DNA of 64,000 nucleotides from an uncultured Erythrobacter sp. (GTDB lineage Bacteria; Pseudomonadota; Alphaproteobacteria; Sphingomonadales; Sphingomonadaceae): NCBI RefSeq assembly GCF_947492365.1, contig NZ_CANLMB010000001.1, positions 1,476,874 to 1,540,873 of the forward strand, read 5' to 3'. Shown piece by piece: positions 60,192 to 64,000 of this stretch (position 1 is its first letter; each line of letters starts with the position of its first letter). The notes under the pieces were generated by a model. It saw only the letters and a program-made list of their open reading frames with translations, ran no database searches and was not told where the DNA came from. The position numbers and the translations under genes were made by a program.

Positions 60192-61784
60192 TTAGAGCTG
60201 AGCCACCTCACGATCCTGAAACAACGTCTTGCCCAAAGCCACCATCATCAGCACCATTACGAATGAAAATGGCAGCGCGCCCACCGTCATCACGGTATTG
60301 ATTGCATCCAGCCCACCAACGCTGAGGAGCACTCCGATCACCGCGGTTATCAGCAAGCCCCAACCAGCAATATGTGCTCCGCTTCGCTCTCCGATCCGGC
60401 CGGCGGAAGAAATCGTGTGAATGACGAGAATGCCCGATTGGGCCGAAGTGACAAGGAACGTGACGAGGAGGACAACAACCGTCCCGCTCATTGCAATGAG
60501 CGCCCAATCACCGAGCATGACATCGAGTGTTGCGAATAGGCGAGCCGACAGATCCGCTTGAAGGATTGCACCGCCAGCCTGGCCGCTCGCTTCGAGCTCA
60601 AGCGCGGTACCGCCAATAAATGCGAACCAGCAGAAACAGACGAGTGTCGGGACCAGCATTGCTCCCAGCACATATTCGCGGATGGTCCGGCCGCGTGACA
60701 CTCTTGCAAGGAACATCCCGACAAACGGAGCAAAAGCGATCCACCATGCCCAGTAGAATACTGTCCATGCGCCCTGCCATTCAGACAACGCCGCTCCGCT
60801 GTCGCTTCCATCATTGGGGAAATGCTGCGTCGCCATACTGACAAAACCGGTTAGGTAATCCCAAAGCGCTACAGCAAGCGCCTTTAGCTCAACCAGAGTG
60901 GGGCCAAAGACAAGGAAGAATGCGAGCAGAAAGATCGACAGTGCCATGTTTATATCAGCAAGCCATTTGATCCCTTTCTCGACTCCTGAGAATGCGGAAG
61001 CGGTTGAGATCGCCATCACGACAATGAGCAGCGCCAGCATCGCCGCGAGCGCAGGCTTGCCCGCTTCGGTGATGACCCATTGCCATTCGGTGATGTAGAA
61101 CAGGCCTGATGAAAATTGCGCAACACCGTAGCCGATAGTGATCGTCACCCCGACAATCGTCGCCAATACCGCAACCACATCGACCACATGCCCGACCACG
61201 CCGGAAAGCGCCTTGCCGAAGAGCGGGAAGAGGGCAGAGCGCATGCTCAGCGGCAGCCCGCGATTGAAGCTGCAATAGGCGAGCGACAGACCGACCAGCG
61301 CGTAACACCCCCAAGCCGAAAAGCCCCAATGCAGAACCGACCACTTCAACGCCGGACGGACATTTTCGGCCGAATTGGCTTCGACCAGCCCATTGATCAC
61401 ATCGGGGTTGGATGAGAAATGGAAGATCGGCTCAGCTGTCGAGTAGGTCAGAACGCCCATCCCGATGCCCGCACCGAACATCATTGCAATCCACGAGAAG
61501 TTCGAGAATTCCGGCCGCTCATCAGGCTTGCCGAGCCGAAGCCTGCCGGTCGATGGCCAAAGTGCGGCCAACAGGCAGAACACCACAAATGCGAACATCA
61601 CATAGAGGTACCACGCGCCGAAATTGGCGGTGACGAACTGGTTGACGCCCGCAAGCGCTGCCCCCGCACTTTCGGAGTAGATCGCCGCCCACGCTATCAG
61701 CGCGACGGCAATGCCTGCCGATGCAATGACTACAGCCGGATTGTATCCCTTGAGCGCCCCTTGCTCATTAATGCGGACGATCAA
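60192..61784 (-). CDS. BCCT family (betaine/carnitine/choline) transporter
   Basis: 530 aa and polytopic. It carries the BCCT signature region WTVFYWAWWIAFAPFVGMFLARVSRGRTIRE. Confidence 0.9.
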   Translation of the reverse strand: MIVRINEQGALKGYNPAVVIASAGIAVALIAWAAIYSESAGAALAGVNQFVTANFGAWYLYVMFAFVVFCLLAALWPSTGRLRLGKPDERPEFSNFSWIAMMFGAGIGMGVLTYSTAEPIFHFSSNPDVINGLVEANSAENVRPALKWSVLHWGFSAWGCYALVGLSLAYCSFNRGLPLSMRSALFPLFGKALSGVVGHVVDVVAVLATIVGVTITIGYGVAQFSSGLFYITEWQWVITEAGKPALAAMLALLIVVMAISTASAFSGVEKGIKWLADINMALSIFLLAFFLVFGPTLVELKALAVALWDYLTGFVSMATQHFPNDGSDSGAALSEWQGAWTVFYWAWWIAFAPFVGMFLARVSRGRTIREYVLGAMLVPTLVCFCWFAFIGGTALELEASGQAGGAILQADLSARLFATLDVMLGDWALIAMSGTVVVLLVTFLVTSAQSGILVIHTISSAGRIGERSGAHIAGWGLLITAVIGVLLSVGGLDAINTVMTVGALPFSFVMVLMMVALGKTLFQDREVAQL

Positions 61785-61844
61785 TTGACCGGATGAATTT
61801 GCGATCGGCTTTCCCCCTTGGTTGCTTGCGCGATGTTGCGCTCG

Positions 61845-63545
61845 TCACGCCAACCCGACGATCTCGCCGCTGTCGTCTAGGCCAATTTCATAGGCCGCGG
61901 GTTTGCGCGGCAAGCCGGGCATGACCATGATGTCACCACAGACCGCCACGACAAATCCAGCCCCAGCTGAAAGTCGCACTTCGCGCACTTCGACGCTGTG
62001 ACCGCTGGGCGCACCCTGCTTGGTTGGATCGGTCGAGAAGCTGTACTGCGTCTTGGCGATGCAGATTGGCAAGTGGCCGTAACCCAGCTCTTCAAACTCC
62101 TTGAGCGACCGGCTGACCGCGCCTGACAGCACGACATTTTCCGCGCGATAAATCTCGCGCGCAATCGTGCCGATCTTTTCTGCCAGCGGCGTTTCGTCAG
62201 AATAGAGCAGCTCAACGTTGGTCGAACCACTATCGAGCGCTGACTTGACCGCGGTTGCCAACTCACGAGCACCCTCGCCACCTTCAGCCCAGTGCTTCGA
62301 AACCGCGCAGGAAACCCCATTGTCGGCGCAGATCTGCTTGAGTGCGGCGACTTCTTCCTCGGTGTCTTTCACGAAGTGGTTGATCGCAACCACAGGAGTG
62401 ACGCCGAATTTCTTGAGGTTCTCAATATGGCGCGCGATGTTTACCGAACCGCGCTTGAGCGCATCGACATCAGGGGTGCCGAGATCGTCTTTTTTGACCC
62501 CGCCCTGCATCTTGAGCGCGCGAACCGTGGCGACCAGCACCACCGCGTCTGGACGCAGGCCAGACTGACGGCACTTGATGTCGAGGAACTTTTCTGCCCC
62601 CAGATCGGCGCCGAAACCAGCCTCGGTCACAACCACATCGGCGAGCTTGAGCGCGCTCTTGGTCGCCATCACCGAGTTGCAGCCATGCGCGATATTGGCA
62701 AATGGCCCGCCATGAATGAAAGCCGGATTGTGCTCGATGGTCTGCACTAGATTTGGCGCAAGTGCGTCCTTCAGCAAAACTGCCATTGCTCCATCAGCAC
62801 CGATATCGCGCGCAGTTACAGGCTTTTTGCCACGCGTACGCGCCACGATGATGTCGCCGAGGCGACGTTGGAGATCCTTGAGGTCGCTTGCAAGACACAG
62901 GATCGCCATGATCTCGGAAGCGACAGTGATGTCGAACCCGCTTTCGCGCGGAATGCCATGCGCCGGCCCGCCAAGACCGATGGTGATGTTGCGCAGCGCC
63001 CGGTCATTCATATCGACCACGCGGCGCCATGTGATCCGGCGCGGATCAATGTCGAGCTCATTGCCCCATTGCATGTGGTTGTCGATCAACGCAGCAAGCA
63101 AACTGTGCGCGGAGGTGATCGCATGGAAGTCGCCGTTGAAGTGGAGGTTGATGTCCTCCATCGGCACAACCTGCGCACGGCCGCCGCCAGCCGCCCCGCC
63201 CTTCATCCCGAAGCACGGGCCAAGCGAAGGCTCACGCAGGCAGACCATGGCGTTTACACCGATAACATTGAGACCATCGGTCAGCCCGACACTGGTTGTT
63301 GTCTTGCCTTCACCCGCCGGAGTGGGCGTGATGGCCGTGACCAGAACGAGCTTGCCATCAGCCTTGTCTTTCAGCGAGGCGATATGTTCGAGGCTGAGCT
63401 TCGCCTTGTGATGGCCGTATGGCACCAGAGCTTCAGGCTCGAGACCGAGCCTACGCTCCGCCAAAGGCAGGATCGGTTCCATCCGTGCGGCGCGGGCAAT
63501 CTCGATATCGGGTGCGCCCGGGGGCGGCAAATTGTCTTGCGGCAT
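61845..63545 (-). CDS. fhs: Formate--tetrahydrofolate ligase
   Basis: 566 aa. [13 protein letters not shown], the P-loop-like [12 protein letters not shown] and a conserved C-terminal region. Confidence 0.95.
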   Translation of the reverse strand: MPQDNLPPPGAPDIEIARAARMEPILPLAERRLGLEPEALVPYGHHKAKLSLEHIASLKDKADGKLVLVTAITPTPAGEGKTTTSVGLTDGLNVIGVNAMVCLREPSLGPCFGMKGGAAGGGRAQVVPMEDINLHFNGDFHAITSAHSLLAALIDNHMQWGNELDIDPRRITWRRVVDMNDRALRNITIGLGGPAHGIPRESGFDITVASEIMAILCLASDLKDLQRRLGDIIVARTRGKKPVTARDIGADGAMAVLLKDALAPNLVQTIEHNPAFIHGGPFANIAHGCNSVMATKSALKLADVVVTEAGFGADLGAEKFLDIKCRQSGLRPDAVVLVATVRALKMQGGVKKDDLGTPDVDALKRGSVNIARHIENLKKFGVTPVVAINHFVKDTEEEVAALKQICADNGVSCAVSKHWAEGGEGARELATAVKSALDSGSTNVELLYSDETPLAEKIGTIAREIYRAENVVLSGAVSRSLKEFEELGYGHLPICIAKTQYSFSTDPTKQGAPSGHSVEVREVRLSAGAGFVVAVCGDIMVMPGLPRKPAAYEIGLDDSGEIVGLA

Positions 63546-63750
63546 AGAATTTTAGGGCAGTGCCCCTCCTCCATCGGACCGATCTTGCGGCCTCACGTTG
63601 TAATGGGACTTTTCTGGCCGAATTGGCGCGACGAACAAGCCGGAATGTCACCAGCAGCGCCATTCTAATCAACAGCATGACGGATCGTTATTCTATCCCA
63701 CTCGGCAAGGCGTACCGGAGTCGTTCAATTCTCAGTCCAAGCGCCCGGCC

Positions 63751-64000
63751 TTATTGCTCGCCGACGCTCATCAGTTCCTCTAGCCACGGCAAGCGCCCGA
63801 CTAGCGTGGGGATTACATCGTCCGCGAGGATGGCGCGGCATTCGTCCGTGACCATCTTGGTCGCGCTGCCAAGCATGCCCTCGCGCGCGACGAGCGACAT
63901 GCGGCGATAGAAGCTGCCTCGGCTGATTGGCCGGACGATCAGGTCGTCAAACACGCCCGGTGTTTGAGCGAGGCACAGCGGAGTTGTGATGCCCCAGCCA
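63751..64000 (-). CDS. 3' end of a gene whose start lies beyond the window; product not assignable
   Basis: The open frame continues to the window edge (...VFDDLIVRPISRGSFYRRMSLVAREGMLGS...WLEELMSVGEQ). It could be the C-terminus of a regulator, but no diagnostic motif is visible. Confidence 0.3.
   Translation of the reverse strand, partial: GWGITTPLCLAQTPGVFDDLIVRPISRGSFYRRMSLVAREGMLGSATKMVTDECRAILADDVIPTLVGRLPWLEELMSVGEQ

Noticed and set aside
63546-63750. ZTP (pfl-type) riboswitch upstream of fhs.
   Set aside because: The leader lacks the conserved GGGUCGUGAC...CCGGGCGG...CCGCCUGGGC-type elements when read on the minus strand. Only generic stems are visible.
1-64000. Search for CRISPR arrays, tRNA/rRNA genes, insertion sequences, integrases or phage genes that would mark the TPS-CHASE2 locus as a mobile island.
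   Set aside because: I could see no direct-repeat/spacer arrays, cloverleaf-like sequences or transposase/integrase-like ORFs. The locus is flanked by ordinary metabolic genes, so horizontal acquisition can be neither supported nor excluded from this window alone.

Overview
High-GC chromosomal window that looks alphaproteobacterial, possibly Sphingomonadales-like (inference from gene content only). I support about 47 protein-coding genes. I saw no rRNA, tRNA, CRISPR array, transposase or integrase. The content falls into three blocks. (1) 1-4.6 kb is housekeeping: a divergent ald/lrp pair, an aldehyde dehydrogenase and an FMN-dependent 2-hydroxyacid oxidising enzyme. (2) 4.6-26.3 kb is the standout locus. 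A two-partner secretion pair (TpsB plus a 2,731-aa glycine-rich TPS-domain exoprotein) is translationally coupled to a signal-peptide-bearing TPR-CHAT (caspase-fold) protease. A CHASE2/class III nucleotide cyclase and a secreted FecR-like protein follow. Diverging from tpsB is a second CHASE2 module: STAS, an MBL-fold hydrolase, CHASE2-PP2C(SpoIIE), a FecR protein, an OmpA-like lipoprotein and an RsbW-like kinase, with no sigma factor in the window. I read this as one candidate trans-envelope sensing and secretion system. Its parts are known families, but I know of no characterised system with this combination. (3) 26.3-64 kb is almost entirely minus-strand. It holds xenobiotic and sulfur-ester genes (haloalkane dehalogenase, MBL hydrolase, GST-like protein, FGE, TetR, DsbA-like protein, Cys-type sulfatase). 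It also holds a large C1/methylamine catabolic array: fdsG-fdsB-mobA-fdsA-fdsD-fdhD, a LysR regulator, soxBDAG, two unknown proteins, an M19 dipeptidase, an ALDH, a second LysR regulator, an Ldh_2 oxidoreductase, a TPR-sulfotransferase, a TonB-dependent receptor, a BCCT transporter and fhs. All calls rest on reading the translated ORFs and the DNA by eye. No database search was run.
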